A stretch of 56,973 nt of DNA, from positions 1 through 56,973 of the IMG/VR virus record IMGVR_UViG_3300001914_000007; one strand, 5' to 3'. Positions 8,788 to 17,914 of this stretch are shown piece after piece. How positions within the stretch are numbered: position 1 is the stretch's first letter; each line of letters opens with the position of its first letter. This stretch comes from a virus (taxonomy: Duplodnaviria > Caudoviricetes). The notes beneath the pieces are model-generated. The model was not told the DNA's origin. It saw only the letters and a program-made list of their open reading frames with translations, and did no database searches. The position numbers and the translations under genes were made by a program.

Positions 8788-9537
8788 ATGGCTAAGCTGC
8801 CATCATTTAAATTTTATCCCGGCGATTGGCTGAAAGACCCTTCACTTGCTTTTTGCTCTCCAGCGACACGCGGCGTATGGATGGACTTGCTTTGCTCGAT
8901 GCATGAACTAGACCACTGCGGAGTTATTACCGGAACACGGAAGCAAATTGCGCAGTTAACTCGCTGCCCGATTGAACAACTCGACAACATATTGACCGAA
9001 TTATCAGAGACAAAAACGGCGGATGTCACAGTTAGTCACGAAAATGTCACGGTAGTAAATAGGAGGATGAAAAAGGAATATAAAGAACGTGAATTCACTA
9101 GGTTACGCAAAGTAAAAGAAAGAGCGTCACGGCAATGTCACGGTAGTGTCACGGCGATGTCACAAGAGCCGGATCAAATTTTGCAGACTCCAGATTCACA
9201 AGAAAACGACAAAATTCAAGAACCAATCCCAGAGATTCCCAAAAGAACGTATCAGTCGGAAATTAAACAGTATCCGACAACGATAAAGGAAATTCGCGAT
9301 GAAGCTGAAAAGCTTTGCTGGAAGATCACAGACGAACAGGCCGAAAATTTTCTTGCTCATTATGAAAGTATGAACTGGACTATGCACGGGCGTCCTATTT
9401 TAAATTGGAAGGCCCTGATTAGAAAATGGAAAGTAAACCAGTACAACTTTCCAAAAGCAAAAACAAAAAAACTATCGTCAGAACACGAACAAGCAACATT
9501 TGAGCTTGGCGGAACAGAAAGGGGAACAACCGTATGA
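8788..9537 (+). CDS. Phage replication initiator (lambda O-like architecture)
   Basis: LPSFKFYPGDWL N-terminus, internal iterons, C-terminal FLAHYESMNW..NWKA..W domain; followed by DnaC-like gene. Confidence 0.85.
   Translation: MAKLPSFKFYPGDWLKDPSLAFCSPATRGVWMDLLCSMHELDHCGVITGTRKQIAQLTRCPIEQLDNILTELSETKTADVTVSHENVTVVNRRMKKEYKEREFTRLRKVKERASRQCHGSVTAMSQEPDQILQTPDSQENDKIQEPIPEIPKRTYQSEIKQYPTTIKEIRDEAEKLCWKITDEQAENFLAHYESMNWTMHGRPILNWKALIRKWKVNQYNFPKAKTKKLSSEHEQATFELGGTERGTTV
9024..9164 (+). repeat. Iterons of the replication origin within initiator gene (3+4 copies of nGTCACR, ~11-bp period)
   Basis: Copies at 9024, 9034, 9045, 9125, 9136, 9147, 9158. Confidence 0.85.
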
Positions 9538-10175
9538 GTTTTATATCACAGTATATTCCCAAAGACCTAGAGCTGTCCATACGGGCAAATGCTGGCATTC
9601 CAAAAGAAAAGCCGTCAGCGTCCGCGCTGGATGCCGCAGAATCGATTTTAAAAACGTATCATTATCGCAACGAAAACGGATTGTATGAAGCTCTCGTTAA
9701 CTTTTGCGCTTTGTTTTTAGAAGGCAAGGCAAAAAAAGGACTTTTAATCCGGGGAATATCGGGAATCGGAAAAAGTTTCGGCGTGTCAGTTCTCGCTCGA
9801 CATTTCGGCTGGCCTTTGGCAAATGCAAAGATTCACCTCGAAGAGGCGTTCATGGCTGGAGACAAAACCTTCGAGGCTCTTGTCAAAGCTGATGATTATT
9901 TCGGCAAGCCAGTTCCTTTGATTATTGATGACTTAGGAGTTGAGGCATGTCCACTGAATCGATTCGGGACGCTCTACAATATCATGGCAGATGCTCTTGA
10001 TGCCCGATATTTAATATTCTGCCGGACGGGAACGCCAACAATCGTAACAACTAATCTCAAGGATTCAGAGCTGGAGAAACGGTACGGGATTAGGGTTGAC
10101 AGCAGATTCAACGAAATGTTCGAGTTCGTGAATATAGCTTCAAAAATAGATTTAAGAAAGCAAAGAAAGGGTTAG
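9534..10175 (+). CDS. DnaC/IstB-like AAA+ helicase loader
   Basis: Walker A GISGIGKS, Walker B LIIDDLG, TTNL, SRFNEM. Confidence 0.85.
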   Translation: MSFISQYIPKDLELSIRANAGIPKEKPSASALDAAESILKTYHYRNENGLYEALVNFCALFLEGKAKKGLLIRGISGIGKSFGVSVLARHFGWPLANAKIHLEEAFMAGDKTFEALVKADDYFGKPVPLIIDDLGVEACPLNRFGTLYNIMADALDARYLIFCRTGTPTIVTTNLKDSELEKRYGIRVDSRFNEMFEFVNIASKIDLRKQRKG

Positions 10176-10322
10176 TAATGATAAAGCTGGTACTTACAAT
10201 TGAAGGTGAAAAATTCGACTACGACATAATCAAAGACGGCGCGACATTTGGCGAGCAGATAAGCCTTTTGCCGTTTGACACGGAAATCAAAAAACTAATC
10301 AGGGAACTTGGTGAAAAAGAAA

Positions 10323-10502
10323 ATGAAAAAATATGTAGTCTATTTTTGCATCAATGACCTTGATTATATCGTTACCGTTTCAGCTGATACGGCAAAAAAG
10401 GCAAAATATCAAGCGTTTTTAGAGTGGAAGAAACATAACGAAGATGCTGAATTTAAGGTCTTTATACGCAACATAAAAGTATTTAAAAAAGGAGGATTAT
10501 AA
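10323..10502 (+). CDS. Small hypothetical protein
   Basis: 59-aa ORF in operon. Confidence 0.55.
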   Translation: MKKYVVYFCINDLDYIVTVSADTAKKAKYQAFLEWKKHNEDAEFKVFIRNIKVFKKGGL

Positions 10503-10503
10503 A

Positions 10504-11019
10504 ATGAGTGACGGAATATCGGACATGTACCGGGACGAGGAGCGCAAGGCAGCTGAGTTGGTGGAGAAGGCTTGCAAAAACTGCGACCACATTAAAATAA
10601 ATATGGATTCCGCATACTGCTTTGATTGCACTAATCACAGTAATTTTAGACCCACTCAATCCGCCATTGACGCAAAAGTTGAAGAACTTAGAACCAAAGA
10701 GGCGGTAGCGAAACGCGCTGGCGGATTCTGGAGAAGTCCGGAAGAGGAGCCAGTTGGAACCAACATAGTTTTTGTTTTGTACGAAGACGGAGCGATAGAC
10801 TGGCTTATTGAGCCCAACGAAAGTCTTTCATTGGTAAAAGGCTACATGTATTTCTCGGATTTGTGCAATGTTTTGAAGCTTATGCCGGAGATGCTGGACT
10901 GCCTGAAAGCTCTCGTCAAGTGGAATTCGAAATCACCATCGAATCCCATTTTGGCAATAAACATTAGCGAAATTTGCGAAGACGCTGAAAACATCATCAA
11001 AAAAGCGGAGGGGAAATAA
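10504..11019 (+). CDS. Hypothetical protein
   Basis: 171 aa, GGAGG RBS, two CxxC motifs. Confidence 0.7.
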   Translation: MSDGISDMYRDEERKAAELVEKACKNCDHIKINMDSAYCFDCTNHSNFRPTQSAIDAKVEELRTKEAVAKRAGGFWRSPEEEPVGTNIVFVLYEDGAIDWLIEPNESLSLVKGYMYFSDLCNVLKLMPEMLDCLKALVKWNSKSPSNPILAINISEICEDAENIIKKAEGK

Positions 11020-11020
11020 C

Positions 11021-11548
11021 ATGGAAAACGACAGGCACAAATTTAGATTTTGGGATGAAGAAGATAAAAAATATACGTACTACAACTCGCCCTGGAATAT
11101 GATTCGACCTACAACATACGAGATTACCGAAGAAGGTTATGATTTTAATAGACCACATGAGGGAGTATTGGAACAATGCACAGGACTCTCTGCGTCCAAG
11201 AGCTACAGGGGCAACAAGCCAGAGGATTTGCTGATTTGGGAGGGGGATATAGATTCAAAAGGCAGAGTCGTGAGATATGGGGATTACGAAGGGAAGTTTG
11301 CCATCGGTCTCTTTAAGCAAAGAGCTGGCATAGTCAACGTTATAGTGTCTACCCTAAATTTTCTATCTGAATCCAGATGGGAAGAACGTGTCGCGGATAA
11401 TATAATTGGCTATCTATCGTCTGTAATGGGAAGTGCCCAACACGGTTACTATCTTCAAGACGACAAAGGGGGTCAATACGGACTGACTAAATATAATCTA
11501 AGTTCCATCGAAATCATCGGCAACGCTCACAAGGAGGCGAAGGCATGA
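11021..11548 (+). CDS. YopX-family protein
   Basis: KFRFWD start, EQCTGL, IWEGDI, EIIGNAH end. Confidence 0.85.
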   Translation: MENDRHKFRFWDEEDKKYTYYNSPWNMIRPTTYEITEEGYDFNRPHEGVLEQCTGLSASKSYRGNKPEDLLIWEGDIDSKGRVVRYGDYEGKFAIGLFKQRAGIVNVIVSTLNFLSESRWEERVADNIIGYLSSVMGSAQHGYYLQDDKGGQYGLTKYNLSSIEIIGNAHKEAKA

Positions 11549-11691
11549 AAGAACTACCAATACTTTTTAACACCGAGATGGTTCGCGCAATTCTCGCAGG
11601 CAACAAAACGCAGACACGGCGGCTCAAGGCTGGCTGGAAAGTTGGGGATATTACTTTCAACGTAACTAAATTTGAAAGGGTGCAGGAATGA
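11545..11691 (+). pseudogene. Internally deleted ASCH-like phage gene remnant (48 aa)
   Basis: PILFNTEMVRAILAGNKTQTRR..WKVGD N-terminus joined directly to a KFERVQE* C-terminus. Confidence 0.65.
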
Positions 11692-12131
11692 ACTTCATCC
11701 GCAGATTTTTGGCTAGGCTGGTATCGTTTGAGGTGAAACAACTTGAAGATGAAGTATTGGATTGGAAGAGAAACATTGACGAGCTTTCCAAGCACAATAA
11801 ACATTTAAAGACCATGTGCGATAACATGTTCCTGCAAAGCAACGGTCTGATCGTGGACAAATCCATACTTGAAAAAGGAGTAGAACGCCTTGAGTCTCGC
11901 CGTGCCGGATTGGCAGATGCAAATCTCAGACAGACGCTCAGAATCAAAGAGCAGGAGCAGCAGATAAGCGAACTCAAAGAGCGCAATGAATATCTACAGC
12001 GCCTTAACGCTCACTATGCGGCAGATCGTCAGGATATGATCGCCGACAAAGACCCGTTCTATGCCGAGCGAAATTTTCCTCGGGTGACAAAGTTTTTGAA
12101 TAGGAAAAATCAGGAGGAAAAGGGAGAATGA
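11688..12131 (+). CDS. Coiled-coil hypothetical protein
   Basis: 147 aa; ATGA overlaps. Confidence 0.7.
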   Translation: MNFIRRFLARLVSFEVKQLEDEVLDWKRNIDELSKHNKHLKTMCDNMFLQSNGLIVDKSILEKGVERLESRRAGLADANLRQTLRIKEQEQQISELKERNEYLQRLNAHYAADRQDMIADKDPFYAERNFPRVTKFLNRKNQEEKGE

Positions 12132-12294
12132 ATAAGCAAAACACTTTAGCGGCTTTGGCTATGATCGGGGCTTGGGGTTCACTACACCCTACAGCCATTC
12201 ACGACAGGGCATTTGCCCCACCGGAACCCGGCAGACCGCACAAGCTCAAGAAAAAAGCGAAGATGCAAAAGGCTTCAAGGAAAAGGAATAGGAA

Positions 12295-12783
12295 ATGAGC
12301 AAACGAATCCTTGATGCTTGCTGTGGAAGCCGAATGTTCTGGTTTGATAAAAACAATCCTGATGTAGTTTTTATGGACAATCGAAAACTTGAAACCAATC
12401 TCTGTGATGGACGCAGTCTTGTTATCAACCCCGATGTTGTTGGTGATTTTCGCATGATGCCCTTTGCAAGTGGAAGATTTAAACTTGTTGTTTTTGATCC
12501 GCCACACCTGATAAACGCCGGGGAAAGCTCATGGCTGGCCAAGAAATACGGCAAGCTCAATAAGTTAAGCTGGGGCAGCGACTTAAGTCGTGGTTTTCTG
12601 GAATGTTTCAGAGTTTTAAAATCGGGCGGAATATTGGTTTTTAAATGGAATGAAGACCAGATAAAAATCAACGAGGTCTTAAAATGGGCTCCGCAAGCGC
12701 CACTGTTCGGGCAGCGCAGTGGAAAAACTCACTGGCTGGTATTTATGAAAAACAAACCCGAACAACCGGGGAGCGTGAAGTGA
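12295..12783 (+). CDS. SAM-dependent methyltransferase
   Basis: ILDACCGSRMFWFDK, VFDPPHL, FRVLKSGG..FKWNE. Confidence 0.88.
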   Translation: MSKRILDACCGSRMFWFDKNNPDVVFMDNRKLETNLCDGRSLVINPDVVGDFRMMPFASGRFKLVVFDPPHLINAGESSWLAKKYGKLNKLSWGSDLSRGFLECFRVLKSGGILVFKWNEDQIKINEVLKWAPQAPLFGQRSGKTHWLVFMKNKPEQPGSVK

Positions 12784-13274
12784 GCAATAACTTCAACCAC
12801 AATAAATTAGATGGTAAAGATGAATGGCTTACCCCTCCCGAAATCATCAATGCGTTTCCACCGTTTGACCTTGACCCATGTGCTCCGGTCAGTCGCCCGT
12901 GGGATACCGCTAAAAACCATTATACAATATTGGATAATGGACTTATGAAAAATTGGGATGGTTGTGTTTGGATGAATCCCCCCTATGGAAGAGAATGTCG
13001 AAAGTGGTTGGAAAAAATTGCAGAACACAGAAACGGGATTGCTTTAACATTTGCGCGGACGGAGACAGAGATGTTTCGAAAATTTATATGGGAAAAGGCG
13101 GATGCAATATTATTTATCTACGGGAGAATTTTTTTTCATCATGTTGACGGTGCGCAGGCGAAGAATAATGGCGGAGCACCGAGTTGCCTAATAGCATACG
13201 GATCCGAGGCATGTCAGCGCTTGGAAAATGCAAATATTCCCGGAGCTTTTATCCGTCTAAAGGGCTTGACATGA
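12780..13274 (+). CDS. Phage N6-adenine DNA methyltransferase
   Basis: DEWLTP, FDLDPCA, WMNPPY, ARTET; GTG start at 12780 in a GTGA overlap. Confidence 0.88.
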   Translation: MSNNFNHNKLDGKDEWLTPPEIINAFPPFDLDPCAPVSRPWDTAKNHYTILDNGLMKNWDGCVWMNPPYGRECRKWLEKIAEHRNGIALTFARTETEMFRKFIWEKADAILFIYGRIFFHHVDGAQAKNNGGAPSCLIAYGSEACQRLENANIPGAFIRLKGLT

Positions 13275-13361
13275 ACTACTACAACGAGTTCAATCCCGAG
13301 GCCGCAGTGCGGGGCGACATTCATCGAAGAATTTTTAAAAGAACTAAACGAAAGGGATTGA
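13271..13361 (+). pseudogene. Internally deleted C5-cytosine DNA methyltransferase remnant
   Basis: MNYYNEFNPEAA (phage C5-MTase-like N-terminus) joined out of frame at GCCGCAG to PQCGATFIEEFLKELNERD* (resembles end of motif X helix). Confidence 0.7.
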
Positions 13362-13362
13362 G

Positions 13363-13671
13363 ATGAATAACAACGATTTTCAAAAAATGATGCAAGTTAA
13401 GAATCTTCAAAAAGAAAATAGTGATCTTAAGTTTTACCTTGCGAAAATGAAGAGAGTTTGTAACGAGATATTGAGTCAGGTAGAGGATATTGACGAGAGA
13501 CGGCAAACAGATCAGTACGCTCTTTTCTCTGTGATTAACGGGAGGTACCAATTCCAGCGCATTATAGATACAGAGAATTACGAAGAGTATCCAGATGATG
13601 AAATTGTAGATACCGCCCTTATAATGCGCTTGCCAGACTATAAAACACTTAAAGAATTTGATGGATTTTAA
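13363..13671 (+). CDS. Hypothetical protein
   Basis: 102-aa ORF. Confidence 0.65.
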   Translation: MNNNDFQKMMQVKNLQKENSDLKFYLAKMKRVCNEILSQVEDIDERRQTDQYALFSVINGRYQFQRIIDTENYEEYPDDEIVDTALIMRLPDYKTLKEFDGF

Positions 13672-13687
13672 AACAAAAGGAACAATC

Positions 13688-13927
13688 ATGACAAAAGATC
13701 AGCAGATCAAGAAGCTCACGGCAATGATTAAGGAAATGGAAGCAGCTCACGAAGATTCTAAAGAACGACTGATAGAACTCTACAACAAGGAACGAAGTAA
13801 GCGCCGGGTGGAAAAGTGCATGTTCTTAATTCGGAAACAAGCGGTTAACTATATTATTGACTCATTAATTGAGGGTAGAACGCCCGATGCGAACGATTTC
13901 TTAAATGAGGAAAGGATGACAAGATGA
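13688..13927 (+). CDS. Hypothetical protein
   Basis: AAGGA RBS then ATG 13688. Confidence 0.6.
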   Translation: MTKDQQIKKLTAMIKEMEAAHEDSKERLIELYNKERSKRRVEKCMFLIRKQAVNYIIDSLIEGRTPDANDFLNEERMTR

Positions 13928-13999
13928 GCAAGTTTGTATGTGAAAAGTGCCAGACGTATCCTTGTATTTTAGATACCAGCACAGCACGAAAGGCGGTGA

Positions 14000-14230
14000 A
14001 TGATGGAAGAGGATTCTAAAGGTCTCGGATTAATGTTTGGATTAGCGTTTGCTCTCGGCGTATTGGTTGGATCAATTTTTGGAGGTTTCCTGACATTTTC
14101 AGCATGCGAGCAAAGAGATATTTTAGAGCAAAACAATGACTATTTAACGAGTAAGCTTATTGATAGTGGACTCGCCCGTTATACGGGCAATCCCCCAAGA
14201 CTTGAGTTTTTAAAGAAGGAGGGCAAGTGA
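14000..14230 (+). CDS. Small membrane protein
   Basis: N-terminal hydrophobic Gly-rich helix. Confidence 0.65.
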   Translation: MMEEDSKGLGLMFGLAFALGVLVGSIFGGFLTFSACEQRDILEQNNDYLTSKLIDSGLARYTGNPPRLEFLKKEGK

Positions 14231-14442
14231 TGGAAACTAAAAACGAGCCTAATTTAACTCTATCAGATGCAAATGGACGGGAAATACCAACGCCCAATAA
14301 AGATAGAGCATATATCTACGAATTAGGCATTACAGATCTTCAATTTCGCGCCGAGGATTATCCGAAACAAGACACTTCAATATTTATAAAAGATAACTCG
14401 GCATTTTCGCACAGAGGGCTCCCGAGAAAGAAAAGGCGGTGA
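14227..14442 (+). CDS. Hypothetical protein
   Basis: 71-aa ORF with coupled start/stop. Confidence 0.55.
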   Translation: MMETKNEPNLTLSDANGREIPTPNKDRAYIYELGITDLQFRAEDYPKQDTSIFIKDNSAFSHRGLPRKKRR

Positions 14443-14649
14443 GTGATGTACGCAATTAGAAAAAACGGAATGGTTTGTGCAGTTAGCGGGGGAGATGGAG
14501 AACATACACTTTGTGGTAAGGATGATCCAAAAATGGCAAACATGACTCGGAAAATAAGTGTAAAAGGTGTTGTTACGTGTCCTAAATGTATAAAAATAAT
14601 CAAGAGTGTCAGGAAATTAAAATGCAAGAAAATAGGGGGCGGTGAGTAA
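14443..14649 (+). CDS. Small putative Zn-binding protein
   Basis: HTLCG...VTCPKC. Confidence 0.6.
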   Translation: MMYAIRKNGMVCAVSGGDGEHTLCGKDDPKMANMTRKISVKGVVTCPKCIKIIKSVRKLKCKKIGGGE

Positions 14650-14900
14650 TGAACAATAAAATATACGTACTTCAAAAGGTTCGTGCTGGATATGTCGGAA
14701 ACGACATTCTATTCTGGCGGAAAAAGGGTGCTGGCTATACAAATGACTTGGATGATGCAGAGCTTTTCACGGCAGGCGAAGCTATAAGTACACTGCGAAT
14801 GGATGCAGGCAAATTTCAAATATGGGAAAAGTCATATTTAGAGTCGATAGCAAAAAGGCACGTAGACATGCAGGATTTAAGAAAGAGAAAAGGTGAGTGA
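14649..14900 (+). CDS. Hypothetical phage protein
   Basis: GYVGNDILFW..GAGYTNDLDDA motif; coupled start/stop. Confidence 0.7.
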   Translation: MNNKIYVLQKVRAGYVGNDILFWRKKGAGYTNDLDDAELFTAGEAISTLRMDAGKFQIWEKSYLESIAKRHVDMQDLRKRKGE

Positions 14901-15469
14901 TGCAACCTGATGCCATTACGCTTATAAGGGATCCTAGAATTGGAGAGTATCTAAATGCGTGCCAACTGAGATCCTGTGATGATCCGGTATATAAATATCT
15001 CTGGCTTGGCACATACAGATACAACTACGCCAATACAGAGTTCACTGGCTCGACTATGGATGCCTTTAAAATAAAGTGCGAAGGCAAAGATGCCGGATAC
15101 ATCATGTGGTATCACGATTGGAGCAACAACTCAGTACCATCGTTTTCCATCTACATCAACCCTAGATACATTGGATATGGTATAGGCGTTATAGCCCTGT
15201 TGAAATTCTTTGACTATATATTTATAGAGCGCAGAATCAGAAAGGTGTCCCATTCGGTATGCGCCGCTAATACACGGGCATTAAAAATATTCATAAAATA
15301 CACACCATGTACCTTAGTCGGTGTTCGAAAACAGGATGTCAGGCTGTGTGATAACACATATGCTGACATGTCAGAGTTTGAGCTGATGCAGTATGAGTAT
15401 GTTGCTTTTAAAAATAAACCCAAAAATGTAAGGAGGACTAGCAATGCCAAGGCTAGAGGAACCGAGTGA
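14897..15469 (+). CDS. GNAT (RimJ/RimL-like) acetyltransferase
   Basis: INPRYIGYGIG acetyl-CoA motif A; IRKV...ANTRALK; VGVRKQ. Confidence 0.75.
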   Translation: MMQPDAITLIRDPRIGEYLNACQLRSCDDPVYKYLWLGTYRYNYANTEFTGSTMDAFKIKCEGKDAGYIMWYHDWSNNSVPSFSIYINPRYIGYGIGVIALLKFFDYIFIERRIRKVSHSVCAANTRALKIFIKYTPCTLVGVRKQDVRLCDNTYADMSEFELMQYEYVAFKNKPKNVRRTSNAKARGTE

Positions 15470-15596
15470 TATAACTATAGCCGTATTGGTGATCATCATA
15501 TTAACGCTATTTACTTATTCAACGTATCATGCGGCATATATGCTTGGTTACGAAGCAGGAACTAAGCATTCAAGCAAAATAGAAAGGAGATAAGAA

Positions 15597-15869
15597 ATGA
15601 GCGAGAAACTATGGAATTGGTTTGGACTTTCGAGGGCGACGTTTTTAACATTGCCGAGGGTTTTGATGCATGAAATGTCGGAACAATGGCAGGATAAAAT
15701 GGCAGACCTCTTGAAGGAATATGATGATACGTTTTCTAATCCGCCCGATATTGGAAGCCGTGTTTTAATCACAGATTCAAACGGAAAAACAATAAAAACA
15801 CCTGCTTGGATTACTAATTACAGACGCCCCAATCAAGATGAAATTAATAAATTAAAGGACATAAAATGA
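15597..15869 (+). CDS. Hypothetical phage protein
   Basis: LWNWFGLSRATFLTLPRVLMHEM..WQ; MSEK start. Confidence 0.7.
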   Translation: MSEKLWNWFGLSRATFLTLPRVLMHEMSEQWQDKMADLLKEYDDTFSNPPDIGSRVLITDSNGKTIKTPAWITNYRRPNQDEINKLKDIK

Positions 15870-16051
15870 GCGAGAAAAAAGAAATTAAACTCGGAGAAAC
15901 AGTAGAATGGGTAAAGACCATTAAGAGGGGCAGGACGGTAACCTTTGAAAAGAAAGAAGGGAAAGCCGTGGCGTTCCGGACAGTCCGCCAAGTCCTCGTA
16001 AAAAGTCGTGGCAAGCAAACATGGATTGATATGGAGGAAATAGGGAAATGA
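15866..16051 (+). CDS. Small beta-rich hypothetical protein
   Basis: 61 aa; MSEK start; ATGA overlaps. Confidence 0.6.
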   Translation: MSEKKEIKLGETVEWVKTIKRGRTVTFEKKEGKAVAFRTVRQVLVKSRGKQTWIDMEEIGK

Positions 16052-16422
16052 GCGAGAAAATATACAAGCCCAAGCTCCTAAAACAATGGGCAAATTATTC
16101 AAATGGATATTATATTAAATACCCTCACCATTTCAGGCACTTTGCTTTGCGTAGTTATCTTAGAAATAAGGCATCCACACCATGCCTCCTTTTAATAGAT
16201 TCAATACCAGCTGAACTTGCAGATATTGTATCAGAAGTGACATCTAAGATTATAACAATCCCGATAATGATATTGATTTGTATAGCAGTAACTCCGTTTC
16301 TCTTCACGTACAGAGTCGTTCGTAAATATCACCACATGCACCTGTCCAAGAAGATTATTAACCGATGGTTTAACGAGGACGGAAGTTTTAAAAAAGAAAT
16401 AAAGGAGATACTGGTAAAATGA
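16048..16422 (+). CDS. Membrane protein
   Basis: One TM segment; MSEK start. Confidence 0.6.
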   Translation: MSEKIYKPKLLKQWANYSNGYYIKYPHHFRHFALRSYLRNKASTPCLLLIDSIPAELADIVSEVTSKIITIPIMILICIAVTPFLFTYRVVRKYHHMHLSKKIINRWFNEDGSFKKEIKEILVK

Positions 16423-16826
16423 GCGAGAAAAGGTTGATAGATTGGGACGGTTTTTATAGGTTTATTACCAGCCTAGAGATACCGACACAGTATACGAGTT
16501 CTGAAACAAATCAACTCAGAAAAAAGGCAGGCAAATATTGGGATGGGTTATCCCGTCCATCCCTTCCTGACGTTACCGGAACTCGTACGCTGGACAGCAT
16601 GACGGATGATGAGATTGAGGAACTTGTCAAACTTTATGCCGGAGATTTCATAGGTATTCTGCTGACGCATCGAAACGGGGATAAAGATATATACATTGAG
16701 TATACAGACGTTGGACAAAGAAAGGCGTTAATTATATATCCCGGTGAATTATCTGTCGGCGGCAAAGAGGTTAAAATCTTCAAATGGTTCCTCGAAAAAG
16801 GCTTCAACGTGTGGGAGGGGAAATGA
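16419..16826 (+). CDS. Duplicated cassette gene A, copy 1
   Basis: C-terminal ~73 aa nearly identical to 17915..18322. Confidence 0.8.
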   Translation: MSEKRLIDWDGFYRFITSLEIPTQYTSSETNQLRKKAGKYWDGLSRPSLPDVTGTRTLDSMTDDEIEELVKLYAGDFIGILLTHRNGDKDIYIEYTDVGQRKALIIYPGELSVGGKEVKIFKWFLEKGFNVWEGK

Positions 16827-17110
16827 AAATAACACTGTTTGCAGTACGGCACGAGAATAAAGTGTATGAGTTCAATGAGCCACTTGTAGTAAAAATTTAT
16901 AAAAGGGGTTCAGATGTTTGGCTGAGATGTGATTATTTTGACATAATCGAAATGTCCATTGATTATGAAACAGTTATATGGGAACTTGAATCACATATAA
17001 ATTTTCTTTGGGATAGCTTTGCACAATGTCATGATTGTGGTCTTGATTTTGGAGCTAGGCAACTCAAACAAAGACTACTCAAACTCATAACCGTAAGGGA
17101 GATAGTATGA
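16823..17110 (+). CDS. Duplicated cassette gene B, copy 1: orphan paralogue of putative antitoxin 51284..51772
   Basis: 34/85 identical residues, gapless, by manual alignment. Confidence 0.8.
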   Translation: MKITLFAVRHENKVYEFNEPLVVKIYKRGSDVWLRCDYFDIIEMSIDYETVIWELESHINFLWDSFAQCHDCGLDFGARQLKQRLLKLITVREIV

Positions 17111-17568
17111 ACTACACTACGTCAAAAGACTACGAGAAGCTCTGGAGCCTCGTGCAGGAGGGGAAGGAGATTGTGTGCTTTGTAAATTATAGATATTATG
17201 ATTATAAAGATGATAAAGGTAAAATTGAAAGGGACATATGTCTCGCAAAATTTAAAAATAATATCACATTCCTCTTCTCGCGTGAAGCTATTTATTATTC
17301 TACCGAAAATACAAAAGAATTCCTTTATGAGTGTAGGAGCCTTAACCTAGAATTTCTTCCACCCACCACATGGATAAAAATAGAGAGCGATAAGGATTTG
17401 CCGCCGATAGGTGAGGTCGTACTATTCAGACTGGCAGGGAATAAATATACATTTTCTGGATATTGGAACGGAACTATTTGGATGTGCATATGCTCATGCT
17501 ATCACTGGTCGCCCCGACACACTACCCACTGGAAACCGATGCCGGAAGCGCCAGAGGTGGGAGAATGA
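17107..17568 (+). CDS. Duplicated cassette gene C, copy 1 (C-terminal DUF551-like domain)
   Basis: WIKIESDKDLP...THWKPMPEAP. Confidence 0.8.
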   Translation: MNYTTSKDYEKLWSLVQEGKEIVCFVNYRYYDYKDDKGKIERDICLAKFKNNITFLFSREAIYYSTENTKEFLYECRSLNLEFLPPTTWIKIESDKDLPPIGEVVLFRLAGNKYTFSGYWNGTIWMCICSCYHWSPRHTTHWKPMPEAPEVGE

Positions 17569-17732
17569 ATAGAAAAAATGAGAAAAAGCATATAAGAAAA
17601 GATATTCTAAGGGGAATTATTGGAGGTATTATAAAGGCCATTAATGGATTGGTATTGGTAATAGCAACCGCAGTAATCGTAGCGCTAGGGCCGATATTAC
17701 TTACACTGGCTGTTATCATAATGTCCAATTAA
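17565..17732 (+). CDS. Small membrane protein
   Basis: 55 aa; basic N-terminus, long hydrophobic C-terminus. Confidence 0.55.
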   Translation: MNRKNEKKHIRKDILRGIIGGIIKAINGLVLVIATAVIVALGPILLTLAVIIMSN

Positions 17733-17914
17733 AAACCTCTGGGATAAATGCGAGTGTTTGATGTGGAGACCAGTAAAGAGGAGTGAAAAATGAGCCTTGT
17801 AGAATTTATGGTATTAATGATTGTGCAGTCAGGACTAGTAATAACAGCATTCTATTACGGACATTATTGTGGATATGAGGGGTGTATAACGCATAGAAAA
17901 AAAAGGGGCAAGAA

